DNA from: the human T2T-CHM13v2.0 reference genome, Homo sapiens
DNA: 64,000 nucleotides
Direction: 5' to 3' (one strand)
Assembly: GCF_009914755.1 (NCBI RefSeq)
Contig: NC_060936.1
The notes below the pieces were generated by a model. It was not told where the DNA came from, ran no database searches, and was given only the letters and a program-made list of their open reading frames with translations. A program made the translations under genes and the position numbers. Positions 15,010-29,389 of this stretch are shown here, piece after piece (the first letter of the stretch is position 1; each line of letters starts with the position of its first letter).

Positions 15010-16990
15010 TGAAGAGGCCTCATACTTTGCTAAATAATTATAAACCAAGAGGGGACAAGAGTTGCAAAAGCTGACTCCTGAGGTCAGCCTTTGACATTGA
15101 AAATCAAAAACCCTTAGCCAGTTCTCTGGACTGAGCCAGTTCAGAGAAGCAGAGTTCAATGATTGAAGGAAAGCTTACATGCCCTCGGTAAACAACACTG
15201 AAGATTCACCACAAAAATATTCAGGAAATATTCACTTGACCCTTTCTCAAGCACCTGTAGCCATTTCACCTGTAGCCATAACAGTACCCAGAGGAAAGGA
15301 CATATATCCATACTCTCAGAATTTTAAACATGGGGCCTGAACTAACACTAATAATATTTGAGAACTAAAAAAAGACACTGTGTTTCACAGAATGGAGTGG
15401 GAGGCTTTGTTTTCGGTTGTTCGTTTTTTTTTGTTTTTAGAGACAGAGTCTTGTTTGGTTGCCCAGGCTAGAGTGCAGCCCAGGCTGGAGTGAAATGGCA
15501 CAATCATAGCTTACTGCAGACTCAAATTCCTGGGCTAAACTGATCCCCCTGCCAGAACTTCCTGGGTAGTTGGAACTACAGGCACGCAGTACTACAATCA
15601 GTTTATTTTCATTAACAAACAGGGTCTTGCTGTCTTGCCCAGGCTGATCTGGAACTCCTGGCCTCAAGTGCTCCTCCCACCTCAGCCTCCCAAATTGTTT
15701 GGATTACAGGTGTGAGCCACCTCACCAGGCCTGGAGTATGAGTTTTTGAAAGTCAGATGCTGCATAAAGCTTTGGCTCATGTTCAACCTAAGGTGGATGT
15801 AATGGGTTTATATTTATTATCTCTTCCAGAATGTTAAATGAAATTAACAGTTTCAACAGCTAGCAGAACTCTCACATTGCTTCCAGACCTGTATATTAAG
15901 GGACATTACTGTAAGTAGGACCAAAAAGAGTCCTCGGTAATTCTCCTCTTCTGGCAAGAAAATGAGTAAAACATACTAACCGCATTGTCCAAGGAATAGA
16001 ATTGGTCACCGACATGACAAAAAACTCAAAAGTTCCAGGAGGTGGTTGTCCATTTTTGATCCCTATTCTGTTAACCTATCTGGCTTCTGCCAAAGCCAGA
16101 TGGATTATCAGATGAATGCACATTAGCATAAACTTAAATCACACTTGCAGATGCTCTCTAGGATGTGGTACCTTCACTGAGAAAACATGGTTTCTGGTTC
16201 TTTGTATGAGGCGTTTGATTTGGTGAATGCTTTTTAATCTACATCGATTGGGAGAGAAAATCAAAATGATTTGTTTTGGTGAGGTAAGAACAAAAGCACT
16301 GCTTCACTGTTTTATGTCATGGCTATGTCACTTCTGTTTTCAGTTTAATTGGCATTTTGCAAAACATCATGCTAACTCAATATATTAATAATATTGCATT
16401 AACTGTTACCCATAAGCAGGAAGTGATGAGTTTCTCAAATATAGTAAAATACCATAACATTGAACAGAACTAAATACCAGAAGAAGAAAGATGAACAAGA
16501 AGATTCAGTGACCTATAACATAGATGATGATTTTAGGGGTCCAGTGCTCCTAGTCCACATGCTGAAACACCCTTTTAAAGTAAACAGCATGTTGCTCTCT
16601 ATACATCTATTTCCTGTCACTAAAAATGAGACACAATATTTGTTGGGCCTACTGGGATTTGGGAGCCAACGTATTCCACATTTGAGGATACTGCTCTGAT
16701 TCACTAATGAAGTTGCCAAAGGCTACTGGTCTCAAGTGGAACTAGAACAAAAAATGCCTCTAGCAAATGTAGGCTCTAGTCCAAGCTGCTGTGCTCATTG
16801 TGACAGATAATCCAGCAGAATTCAAACCCGCTAGAGGCATGCATGCATAGTGGGCATTATAAGACTCTGTGCATGCTTCTCACAAGCCCACAGGAGAGGG
16901 GAGAGCAAACCCCTAGCCAATTAGTGCAAGACCATTCCCTCTTTAGCAGAGGAGTGCCCTCTGTCTCAAAAACAAAACAGCAGGTGCAGA
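15010..16990 (+). mobile_element. Decayed ERVL internal region, copy 2
   Basis: ORF 16460 HLFPVTKNETQYLLGLLGFGSQRIPHLRILL resembles ERV-L pol HLAPPTTKKEAQRLVGLFGFWRQHIPHLGVLL. Confidence 0.8.
15415..15733 (-). mobile_element. AluJ (paralog of the 4700-5005 copy)
   Basis: Same right flank ctggagtatgagtttttgaa. Confidence 0.9.
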
Positions 16991-19074
16991 AAATTAACCC
17001 ATGTATAAAGCCCTTCTAAGCGTGTGCGTCTCTAAGCACAAGACCCTGTGCAACAGTGGAAATTATATGCTCATAGTCAGCCATGATTGGAGGGCATGAG
17101 CACATCTGAATGGCACAAGGAGTGGACTGCATGGGACACAAACATGTGCTTCCTCAGATTTACTTGACTGTCTCCTATTCCCCTGGTCAGCACCTTGCCT
17201 GACCCACATCACCCTTCCATTTGGGACTTGAATGGATCACCACATTGTGGGCATGAGGTCTGACTTTCATAACCTCCATCAAGGGATTGGATGATGGAAA
17301 GCAGAACAGCAGAGATGGTAGTTCTGCCTCAGGGAAACCCTGGCCAGTGGGAAATAGAAGACAGAAGACAGCTGAGCAGATATATTCTCCGTCCTCTGTT
17401 GCTTCCATGGGCTAATGCTGGCTGTGTTGTCCTCTCGCAGCCCTTCTGAAAAAGTCCTGGGAGCCAAGTGCATGCATCTGATAACCACCATGCTGTCTCT
17501 CTCACATCATTGTGAAGTGGTCGTCAGCAGAGTCATATCACACATTACAGCACATAGTGTCACATCTTCTCTTGACTCAATTTCCACATGTCCCAGCCAT
17601 TTCTGCAGTGGACCTCCTTCCAAATAAATGTCATCACTTTAATATCAGACATTTGCTCTACTTCTAGACCCCTGATGATAAGATATTCATTCAGTGTTAT
17701 AATTATTATTCATTCATTTTTCCATCAGTTTATAATATGGTGATTAAAGTGGTCATTTAGAAAGGATATTAAAAATACTAAATAAAGATTATATTTTAGT
17801 AAGATAGTTGGTAACTAAATTTTTAAATGAAATGTCATTTTTGTTTATATAATAACCAGCTAGAAATACCACAATATAAATATATCATTCGCAATAGAAA
17901 AGATATGTGCACTTATACAAAAATCTTTTATATGCTTAGTAAAAAGTATTGTAATAAATGCCATCTTTTTATTTTCCACTTTGTCTTTGTGTCACACATC
18001 TGATATAGCTGCATCACTGCTATATTATAGTGATATTTCCCCTAGAATTGTGGAATAGCCAAACTTTTGCTCTGAGAAATTCTTCTTCTTCTTGGATAAT
18101 CCTGTAACTTCAATCTGAAACCAGAACAGAAATGTGCACCCAACTGTAGATTTTGTGATGTGTTACATTTTCATTGGTTCACCACCCCAATATAGTTCAT
18201 ATTCATTCATTCACCAATTAACTTGTTCATCAAAGTATCATTTTTCAATACCTATTCTATGTGCTATCTTTATGTCTTGGGAGTCTACAGTAAGCAAGAT
18301 CTATATGATCTCTACTTTTATGGTATTTACATTGTACCAGGTAAGATATATGATAAACAAACAAATCAGATGTGGAGATGATTTATCTTAAGGTTTAGAT
18401 AATATTGTTAAAATTGCATAACACCAGAAATTAATACAGTCACACAGAATTTAGCTGTTGAACTAGGTTATACATTTTCTTCTTGTAATAGAACTTGCTA
18501 TTAGTGAATATGTCAACACACTTTCTCTCATTTCATTATTTACACCAAGATTATAATAAAACATATCTTTAAGACATTTCCTATCATTAATATATAGATT
18601 TCATAGATGCCATAGTTTCTATACCCTCTTTAGATTGAGCTTCTTTTTAAAGTAAGGAAAATTTGAGCTTTTTGAGGAATTTTAAGGATGGAAGATAAAG
18701 GAGGAAATTGACAATTCAGGAGCTCAGAGGTGGCTTAGACAAAAAACTGAAATATATAACATCAGATCTCAACTTCAAAAAGGTTTTTGTTTAATTCAAA
18801 AACTGGAAGAGATGACTTTTCTAATTGCGTATGGAAACTTATAACAGCACTGAAAAGAGCTCATGATCATGTTTCTTCATCCTTTTTATAGAAATGATTT
18901 TTTCTAAGCTATTAACATACTATATTAAATATAATATTCCTCAGTATTGCTTTTGATACACATAAAAATGTACACTAGATATATTTTTCACCCTTGAATT
19001 TTATTTTGTGCATTGTTATCTAACAATAATTGTATTTGCTTTATATTAAACATAAAATAAGAATTCATCATGAA

Positions 19075-19365
19075 TGTCTATAATCCCAGCACTTTGGGAG
19101 GCTGAGGCAGTGGATCACTTGAGGTCAAGAGTTCGAGACCAGCCTGGCCAGCATGGTGAAACCCCATCTCTACTAAAAAAAAAAAGAAAAATACAAAAAA
19201 TTAGCCACGTGTGGTAGCGCATGCCTGGAGTCCCAGCCACTCAGGAGGCTGACGCATGGAAATCACTTGAACCCCAGAGGTGAACGTTGTGGTGAGCCAA
19301 GATTGTGCTACTGCATTCCAGCCTGGACAACAGGGCAAGACTCCATCTCAAAAAAAAGAAAAAAA
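19075..19365 (+). mobile_element. AluS, slightly 5' truncated
   Basis: Alu body with A-tail; TSD-like aagaattcat on both sides. Confidence 0.95.
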
Positions 19366-19966
19366 GAATTCATGATTAAAAAAAAAACAAAAAAACCTAC
19401 CCCAAAGACACATTCTCATCGATTTAGAATTAAATGTCCTTACCATCCAAAAAATTAGAGGTTCAAACAATGATAGTTAAACAGTTAAACACACTATGGT
19501 ACATATACGTGATACAAATTACAACGAAAAACAGCAATGATTTTACAACGAAAAACAGCAATGATTTTCTGATATAAGCTGTCAGTTCTTAATTATAAAT
19601 AGAGATCATAAATTCCTCAAATGAAATATCATATAAAAAAATGTGTGAAATACACATGGGTTCATAATTCTGAGAAATTTCTTATCCTACTTTGGTATAA
19701 CTGAACAGTTTATATGAAAAGTTGATTAAAGGTATGTTATGGTAAATATTAAATTTTCATATACATTCAGACATACACACACACGCAAATGTATATTATA
19801 TATATATACTTGTATATAATAAACTTAGGTAAAAGACTTTTCTATGTCAACTTTTGGAAATTACTCAAATACATAGACTACGGAAAAACTTGTGGGAAAT
19901 ATAAAATGTTCCAGACACCATCAATTTGTTTTCTGCTAGAAAACACACAATGCACCTCTTGTGAAT

Positions 19967-20896
19967 CTATGGAGTTGACTGGTTCTGTCCTTTTGCCCAG
20001 CAAGTCACCTGCCACAAAACTGAAAGAAAGGTCTGCTTTAGCGTCTTGTTCCCCCAAATCAGAATGAATGAGTGGAATGATGGATATATGATTCCAAAAG
20101 CTTGGCAAAGCATTAAGACAATTTCTTTTGGTCGCATCTTAAAATTCCAAAACGATATGATTAGACACAGAAAGTAAATGGCAAGTAATATGAGGAAGGA
20201 GGTCACAGTTTGCAGAGCTTTTATGTGGATCTTGGTGCTGGGATCTTGAGATCCTTTGCCATGGAGCTGCATCTTCTTCAGATGTTTACACAGAGAGTAG
20301 ATTAACAGCAGAAAAGATATCAGGGTCAGAGTGAATGGTATCAAGTTTGCTAGCATGGCTACAGTCAAGTTGGAAAGGTGCATTGCATTCCTCAGTTTGA
20401 TCTTCCAAGTTACGTTTCCTTCACATTCTTCTGTCCACACATTTATATACGTGTGTTTCATCACAAGGTGACAAACCAAAAAGAACAAAGACCCCAACAC
20501 TATCACCAGAACTACACTCTTAGCCTTCCTTTTTAAGTGATGAAAAATAAGTCTGGAGAAATTGACGATCTTGAGCAAATAAAATATGCTGAGGCTAGTA
20601 GCAAGCCAGATGCTGAAATGATTGGTTACTGCCCAGGCATTAGAAATAAAAATTATTACTTCTAAATTAGATGAAGTTGGATTCAACACAGTTGAATACC
20701 AATGTAATAATATTACCCAGAGCAAACCAACTCTGGAGACTGCCAGAGCAGCAATAATTTGATCAGCTGAGGAGATCTTTTGTCTCTTGACCCAGGCAAT
20801 GAAATTTATCAGTGCTATAAAGCCATTGGCAAAATTTCCAAGAATAAATGCAACCACTACTAGAATGGAAAAAACAATGTGTAGAAAACTCATCAT
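19967..20896 (-). CDS. TAS2R20: Taste receptor type 2 member 20 (309 aa, Glu79)
   Basis: Intronless TAS2[14 protein letters not shown]...[10 protein letters not shown]; true ATG at 20896 (the track start at 20914 is a non-ATG codon). Confidence 0.97.
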
Positions 20897-23800
20897 GTCT
20901 AAACAAAAAAGCAAGTAAAAAATTCAGGCCTAATGTCACTGATGGTGACTCCTCTGATATTCAAGACTTTAAATTAAATATGCACTTGATTCCTGAATGT
21001 TCAATAACATTCTTTATACTTTTAAATTCTGTGAACAATGTCAACAGAAAAGCACCAGCTTAAACTAATGAATGAGTTCAATGCTGCCTTTATGGGAAAT
21101 ACTGTTAGTCCCAAAACAACTCAAATTAATTCTTATTCATAAAGTCTCTATTCTTGCTATAGGCTGAAATTTTTCATACTGATGTTGAAGGGAAAGCTGA
21201 ATTCTCATTTGCTAGCATTCAAATAAAGACATATCCTCTTTCATTGCTTTGCAATTTTTTCCTTGTTTCACCTTTCCATAATTTGTGTTCAGCCCTTCAG
21301 TTGTTGGGGAAATTTTAATACCCAGTACATAGATGACACAAAAAATATATTGTTAAAAGAGCCTGGTGAAATCTAGGATCAAAATCACTATGGATTTATT
21401 TTTAAAGCCAGATTTAAATACACAGAATCTAAACTTTTTATCAAAATCACCCAAGATTTTCTTGGAAACCACAGGAAAGCCAATACTCCTTATAATTTGG
21501 TTGCTGTTAACCAATACTTCTATATGGCATCACTATTAACAAGCTCATAAACACACACACAGACACACACACACTTTCACTCTTCAAGGATGAAAGGAAT
21601 TGCTTTCTTGTAACTTATGACATGGAAAATGAGTTTCCAGGAGCTCGTCCTGGTGGAATTAGTCCTATTTTTCCCATGCCAGATTTTCAGCCAATGAATA
21701 ATATTCATGAAACATATCTCTCATGCTTAGGCTTTTGGTAATGCTACCTGCAAGCTTGTAAACATTCCTGAGTACCAGACCTTTGTCACATAATTTTGCA
21801 GTGTCCTCCCACCACAGGCATAGTGACAACCTTGCACTAGGGCTCTGAGTTCGATCATGTAATTTGCTTTGATGAACAGAAAATTACTACACTTTACATC
21901 GAAATTTGAGATGACCTCCACATTAGGCTTTCTTGTTCCTTTCCGGTTTATAATGAGAACATGTCCACACTAACACACTGTTCCCAGAATAAGAATGAGT
22001 AACTCATGGAATCATATGGCCCCTGCCTGATCCAGCCTTAAATCGGCCAAACTCTAACTAGATCCAAGAGGCAAAACTTGGACCATCTCAAATCACCAGA
22101 GCCATCCACCAAACCCCAGCTTAAGAAAACAGAATCCAAAAACATGTGAGATATAAATATCTAATGTGGTTTTGGAGAAGTTTCTTTTGCAGAAAAAGCT
22201 AAGTGATATAGGTACTCTGCTAATCCAAGAGTTTGAGAAATATGTGCGCCCTTGTTGTGTCAGAAATTCAGGAGCCAAAGGAAAAATAGGTTGGAAATAT
22301 CAAAGTTTTTGTAATATGAGGTGAATATCTAAAACTAGAAGAAAACTTTTGGAAAGATCTGGAGGCTGTAGGTAACAGCATCTCAAATTTCTCCATTTTG
22401 CAACTAAAATAAGAATTCACTTTAGCTCTCTTGAGTTGTATAAGAATGTACGTAAATGGTGGATTTTCCCCCTAGGTATATAATGAGCAGAGCAATTAAT
22501 AATTTTTACGTGACATTTCTCCCAATTTGTAATTTTTTAAATAAAATTATAATGCACACTTAGAAATGGGCCAAAACAAAAATAGGTAAGAGCAATGTAT
22601 CATAAACACTTATGTAACCATCATGCAGGATAAGACATGGAACACTGCAAACAGACTAGGTCCACTTCCAGGCCACTTTCCAAGCCCCTAAACCTTTATT
22701 CACATCTCCTGAGATAAGCAATATTCATAATCTATGATGATCATTTGCTTGAATTTCTTTATACTTTACCAGCTAGGTTCACAACCCTAAACTCCACAGC
22801 TTGGTCTGTCCTGCTTTGAACTGTGTATAGGTGCAGTCCTGTGTGTTCTTCTTGTTCATGGCTTCTTGCACTAGATATCATGTTTCTGAAATTTAGTTAC
22901 ATAGTTGCATGTACATGTGATTCATTTCTTTTCACCTCTATATACTGTTCCACTGTATGGATTTACTGTAATCTTTCATATCATTCAATCATCCTTAGTT
23001 AATATATATTTGGGCAGTCTATTTTTGAGCTATTATGAATAATACTACTATCAGCATTATTTCACATATCATTTGATGCAATTCCTATTATGGGGTCATT
23101 AAATGTGGTGTTCAAATTATCCTCACAGACATAGAAAAGTGCAAAAAATAATTTATCTAAATTTGTTCCTGTCACCTTTACCTCCAGTCTCTTTATCGCT
23201 ATTTGCATATATCTTATCAATAATATATTTAACTCAGCAAGACGCTATTATTTTATTCAGTCAACATTCATTTAGAATTATGCACATATTTATCATTTCT
23301 GTTAATTTTTATTCCTTCTTGCATGCTTAACCTTGTATTTTCAATATTTTTTATCTGAAAAATATCATTTGGATTTCTGTTTATGAAGGTCCTCTATTCT
23401 TTTGAAACACACTAAAGACATGATTCCATTGAATTCTACTTTCCATTTTTCTGTTGAAAATCAGGTTGTCATTTAGAAAGTTGTTCCTTTTAAAATAATC
23501 TATCTTTTCCTCTGGCTACTTTTCAGATTTTCTACTGGTCTTTGATGTCTTGTGACATTTTATGTTAATTTGTTTTTAGTTATCTTGTCTGACCTTTGAT
23601 GGTTACTAAAAATATATGGATTAATACATTTTATCACTTTTGGGAAAATCTCCACAACATTGATTCTGCCCTATTTTATCCCTTTTAATCTTCCAGAAAT
23701 CCAGAAGTATGTTAGATGCTCTGATTGTAGCATCAATGCCTCTTATCCTCTTAGCTTGGCATTCTTTGTCTTGTGGTCTCTTTAGGCTTCTTTCTTTATA

Positions 23801-24465
23801 GTTGTCTTCCAATTCACTAATTCTCTCTTCTATGTCTAACTGGTTGTTAACTCTGTCTATTGGATTCTCAATATTGATTATTTATTTTTTGCTATTATTG
23901 TTTTAGTAGCAGAAATTATATTTTGTTCTCCTTCTATAAATCATTATCTATGGAGAAGCAGAACAAAGCACTCTTACCACCAAGTTTTTTAAAAAAAGTT
24001 GGGTTCTTTGTTCAGTTGGTTGGCTTTGTTTTTTTGTTTTTCGTATGCTTGACATGAAAATGCTAACAATTTTCTTCTTTTCCCAAGACTTTGGTCACAA
24101 AATAGAATAAAAGCTTGGTCTACACATCCTTCCGCAAGTTGGAAGAACCTGGAAATTGATGTGATGTTAGTAGCTTTTTTTTTTAGGGGGGGATAGCAGC
24201 TTGTCTGTTGATGAGCCTTCACCACAAACTCTCCCCACAGGGAAATTCAATGAGCTGTGCTGGATCTCAAGATGCCATTCCAATAAATAAATTATAGCAC
24301 CTCAACCCTAGCTACACCATTCTATTTTACAAATTAAATTTTACTCTTTTTTTATTAGCAGAAGTGGAGCTCTGTACCTTCAAACTTCTTCACTATCAGG
24401 TGAGATATAGAAGATGTGAGGGCTTACTTCTATTTGATTTATTTAGTCCTAAAATTCTCACTTTA

Positions 24466-24930
24466 AATGTGCCAGCAACCTGTGTGGGCTGATGACTTGG
24501 GGCAGGATGGGAGAATGCCAGGGGATAGATGCACAAAGGACTGGACACCTCCTTGCCTCCTCCCATCCTCCTCAAAACTTCAGCACAACTCTGAAGCAAA
24601 GTGTGCTTGTGGGAGAACCCAGAGTTGCTTAAGATTTAATTTCTGCCATCAGGTTAATGGAGCACCTAGGGAAATTAAGCTGAGTTTTAAAAATATCCAG
24701 AAAGTTAAATTTGTTGTACATGTGAGTTTCTGAACTGCGATTAGGCTTTACTTTACCTGGCATCAGGGAGTGTTATAAATCAATTATTTAAATATTCATG
24801 TAAGGTGTAAAAAGGAGTAGAAGTACACGTATCAAATTTCCATAAATAAACTTTGCAATATAAACGTAATTTATACTATTAATTCTTTGTCAATAAAATG
24901 TGGAAAGGTTAAAAAATAAATAAAATAAAA
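24466..24930 (+). pseudogene. Retrotransposed polyadenylated fragment (probable mRNA 3' UTR retrocopy or orphan L1 transduction)
   Basis: AATAAA at 24892-24897, A-rich tail 24911-24930, TSD taaaattctcacttta/taaaaccttcacttta, empty paralogous sites at ~33000 and ~59810. Confidence 0.75.
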
Positions 24931-26571
24931 CCTTCACTTTAGAAGTAAGAGCTTGATCATGAAGTGGCTTATTTATCTTTCTAATTAAGGAATTTTATTA
25001 ACACCGCAACTAAATCTTTCCTATAGTGTTCCTAAGATCAGTTTAAGGTTATCTATAATGATTTGCTTAAGCAATGTATTTTAAACTAAACTATACTTAA
25101 AAATGTATTTGGTTCAACTTGAAATTTTCCATTTTCTAATCTAACTTTCCCATAATAATAATCTTTTAAACATTTATTAGACATTATCCAAATTATTTAT
25201 GTAAACATTTCAAAAATAAATCATTTAATGAGATAGATATAGATGATGATTGGTGATGATGATAATGTCAGTTAAAAGGGGCCATGCTCTTCTATAAATG
25301 TGACTTCAATCATGTTTTCTAAGTGCTGCGTTTCAGGGTGATGGGCTCATGAACTTGTTTCTTATATTATTCTCAGCATCAGGCACAGACAAAGATCCTC
25401 AGACAGTATTTCATTAAGAATAAGTTAAAACCAATGTATTTCCAATGATTTACTGGCTATTTTTTTTTCTTTTACCACATTCTGAAAATCATGACAAAAG
25501 TGCCCTACAACAAAGAGTATTCTCCTTTGGGCTGTTTAATTTTCACTGTACTTTCATATGAACTTCATATATACAAATCCTCTATACAATTATATAGCAT
25601 ACAAACTGTATTTTATCTTTTAATAGTATCATTAGCAGGCAAAATTCTCTCAACTGCTTATTTACAATCTCAGCTACTGTCACTAAATCTGGGTTATTTT
25701 ACTATAGCAGTCAAAGTAATACTACATATACACAAGCACACTCAAAGATTACACTAAATATGTTTTATAGCTTAACAGTTATCTTTCTATGTTTTCTTCT
25801 CTAATACAGTTGAAAAATTTATAGTAACAAAATATTTTCCCCAACACATATGCTGTGCACATGCATAGTATTGTGATCTTTGAATGGGAACAACATGAGT
25901 ATAATTATTTCATTTAGGGATAAATGTAGCAAAAATTGTCCTATACACTTAATATCTATAGTCCTACATACTTTAATATTTGTACCTTATGAAAAATTCC
26001 CTAATTGCTGCCAATTTGAAACGTGTATCATGAATAATTAAATTGGAAACAAGAAAAAAGTCTATTGCAATATAGTTGTTCAAAATCTATTGTTTCAAAT
26101 TAAGATTAGCATTAAGAATGTGGATGTACACTTCCTGCTTATATCTTTCTTTTTTAAATTAATTTTTAAAAGTATAAAATTTTATCCCTATTTCTTACTA
26201 CTATAATGCTGTATTCTTTATTCAGCAAAACTCTAATTACGATGGTACATGTAAGAATATATTGTTTCAGCCTAGTTTTATATTCATTAATTTACTTAAT
26301 ATTTCTGCTTTTAAAATATTTTCATTATTCGGGAACCTAACATATGTAGGGAAAGCAATAAAACCTAAATGCACAGTAAAAGGAAAAAAGAATGTAACAT
26401 TAACACTCATATTCCACACTTTCGTCAAAAAGTAGAATTTGCCAGCAATGAAGACATTCCCCATATAGGCTTTCTTGTTGATATGATTTCCCTTTTGTTT
26501 CCTCCCTCCCAAGTATCCCAGTTATGATAATCACTTATATGTTTCGCTTTACAGTTTTGCCACCAATGTAA

Positions 26572-26735
26572 TAAATTATAAGAATTTATTTCAAATTATA
26601 AGAATTATAAAAACTTAAAATAAAATTTCTTTTATGAGAAGTTATAATTTCTTTTATAAAATGTTATAATTTCTTTGGTAAGGAGTTATAAGAATTTATA
26701 ATTTCTTTTATAAGCAATTATAAGAATTTATTTGC
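26572..26735. repeat. AT-rich degenerate minisatellite (TTATAAGAAT and inverted TAATTTCTTT units)
   Basis: Direct; absent from the paralog at ~61770-61800. Confidence 0.75.
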
Positions 26736-27233
26736 AAAAATACAAAAATATTCTTGCAAATTTCATATAAATGTGATTATATTGAATGTTTTTGATGTTA
26801 ATAATTACTATTATATCTGTATATATTACTATGCTATCCATGTAAATCAAATTTATTCACTTTCCTTTTCATATATATTCTTTGTAAACATGTCCCTCTA
26901 GTTTGTTCATTTTGATTGCTGTATAGCATTCTGTAAGTATGTCATAATTTATTTATCCATTTTATTACTGATGGTCATTTGGGAGACTTCTCAACTTTAG
27001 CTATTAAAACTCAGCGATATATACTTGTATATGTATTCTGATATGAGTGCAAATCCTGGGTCTTAGGATGTGATCCTTCATCTTATTCAAATAATGTCAC
27101 ACTCAGACAAAGTAATTGCACTAATTTATAATCCTAGGAGCAGTGTATGAAAATTCCCACTGCTTCATATGCTCTCCAAAATTAGTAGAGTAATTTTTGC
27201 ACTTTCATATTTATATAAAATATAATTAAACTT

Positions 27234-27533
27234 GGCCAGGCACGGTGGCTCACGCCTGTAATCCCAGCACTTTGGGAAGCCAAGGTGGGTGAATAACCTC
27301 AGGTATGGAGTTCAAGGCCAGCCTGGCCAAGATGGTGAAAAAATACTAAAATACAAAAAATACTAAAAATACAAAAATTAGCCTGGTGTGGTGATGCACA
27401 CCTGTAATCCCAGCTATTCAGGAGGCTGAGGCAGGAGAATTGAGTGAACCCGGAGGCGGAGGTTGCGGTGAGCTGAGATCACACCACTGCACTCCAACCT
27501 AGACCACGAAGTGAGACTGTCTCAAAAATAAAT
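27234..27533 (+). mobile_element. AluS with TSD
   Basis: TSD aaaatataattaaactt/aaaatattattaaactt. Confidence 0.95.
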
Positions 27534-27937
27534 AAAATATTATTAAACTTAACATTTTACAAACCTTTTTCTATTATAATTCAGAATGCATCTTTAGTTG
27601 AAAAATTACATCACTCTTAATTCTATGACTATAATTTCATGCACATTTATTAGGGATTAATTATATATTTCATACATTTATTTGTTCATATTTCATTATT
27701 AATTTTTCTAATTTTTTCTTGAAGTTTCAAATACTTTTTTGTTATGAACAAGTGTAATTATACTGGAGATATTTCCTTTAATCAATCATTACGTCAAATG
27801 ACTTTGAGAAAATATGATTAGTTCATGGCATATTGTAGGGGAAATTTCAGGATTGTTTAACAACTCCTAAAAGGAAACAAAGAAAAAATATTAAAATATA
27901 AAAATAGTCTATAAGTTTAATAATAGCTGTCCATGGT

Positions 27938-27994
27938 AAAACACAAATTCTACCATTACCAGTATGGAAAACATGATTGGTATCAACATATCAT
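27938..27994 (-). pseudogene. Truncated TAS2R stub 1 (~19 codons, frameshifted) with TAS2R-type 5' flank to ~28900
   Basis: tcagac ATG ATA TG- TTG ATA CCA ATC ATG TTT TCC ATA CTG GTA ATG GTA GAA TTT GTG = MIxLIPIMFSILVMVEFV, TAS2R TM1-like. Confidence 0.8.
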
Positions 27995-29094
27995 GTCTGA
28001 ATTCTTTTTAAGGCAGGCCTAATATCATTGGATAAGATTCCCTTTAAGGTCCTGACATTAAATTCTATGTGCACCTGATTTCTGAATGTGCATTAACGCT
28101 CTTGTTCTTTTTAAATTCTCTGACCAGTGTCAAACAGGAAAGCACCAGGGCATGCTAATGAATGAATTCAATGCTGTCTTTATGGAAAACATGATAATTT
28201 CTAAAACAGTTCAAATTAACTTCTATTCAAACACTATGTCCTGGCTATAAGATGAAATTTTTCATACTGATGTTGAAGTGAAAAATGAGTTCTCATTTGC
28301 TAGCATGCAAATAAAGACATATTCTGTTTCCTTGTTTTGTAGTACTTTTCCTTGTTTAACCTCTCCATAATTTGTGTTCAGCAATGTCAGTTGTTAGGGA
28401 AATTTTAAAAAGCAACACATAGTTCCTACATTGGATATCTAAATTGTTAAAAGGAACTTTGTTGTAACTAGAATCATGACCACTGTGGATTGATTTTTTA
28501 AATGTCAGATTTATGTAAACAGAATCCAAAGTTTTCTTATCAAAAGAATCCAAGGTTTTCTTGGAAAGTGCAAAAAGGCCAATACTCTTTAAAATCTGCT
28601 TGCTGCTAATATGTTTGTATAAGTCTATTGTTAACAAGCTCATTAACACAAACACACACATGCATACACGCCCCTCATGGATGGGAGGAATTATTGTGCT
28701 GTAATTTCCAAAATGGAAAACCAATTTCAGGCAAGTCGTCCAGGTTGAAATAGCCCTATTTTCCCTCTCACCCTTTTCAGTCAATTTTCAATATTTATAA
28801 ACTTATCTCTCGTGCTTAAGCTTTTGAATAAGTTATTCTCTCGAATCTAGCTAATATTTAAATATGAATTGTTTAATTAAAATATTCAGCAATTTTTAAA
28901 ATATTCCTTGGGCACTTATTAAAAAATATGTATTTTCCACTGAAGACTCTAGACTTCCCTTGGTATGAATATTCACTTTTATTTTTCTGTTTAATTTATT
29001 TTTGATTATGCTATTAAGAAGAATAGATGTTAGTATTAGTCTCCAATCTTGTTTTTTACTTCTTTTTCAGGTTTTTACAGTATAATTGTTTCTA

Positions 29095-29280
29095 AGAGAT
29101 CTTGGAGTCAGACTGCCAAGAGAGGAAACCAGTTTTTCTGCTTCATATAGCGACGATTCTGAGACTCCATTTCACAACTGCTCTCTGCCTCAGTATGATC
29201 ACCAAAAAACACAGATGATAATATTATCTTTGGGTAGTCTTTGTGAGGAGTTAGTATAGCATTTGTATAACTGCTTTCCA
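29095..29280 (+). mobile_element. MIR remnant (paralogs ~35305-35485, ~63600-63710)
   Basis: ttggagtcagactgcc...ctctctgcctcagt...gatgataata...ttgtgaggagtta MIR core pattern. Confidence 0.65.
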
Positions 29281-29389
29281 TTTTACCTGTCTGGGACAGG
29301 AAAAAACAAAGATGGTTAGTTACTGATTTGATCCTGTGTTACTAGATATTTAGAAGGTGCCAGTGAAAACTTCCATTTCTTTTCTCCTT

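Noticed and set aside
20897-20914. N-terminal extensions of TAS2R20, TAS2R19 (from 45729) and TAS2R31 (from 54768) in the ORF track
   Set aside because: They start at TTG/GTG codons; paralog alignment fixes the ATG starts
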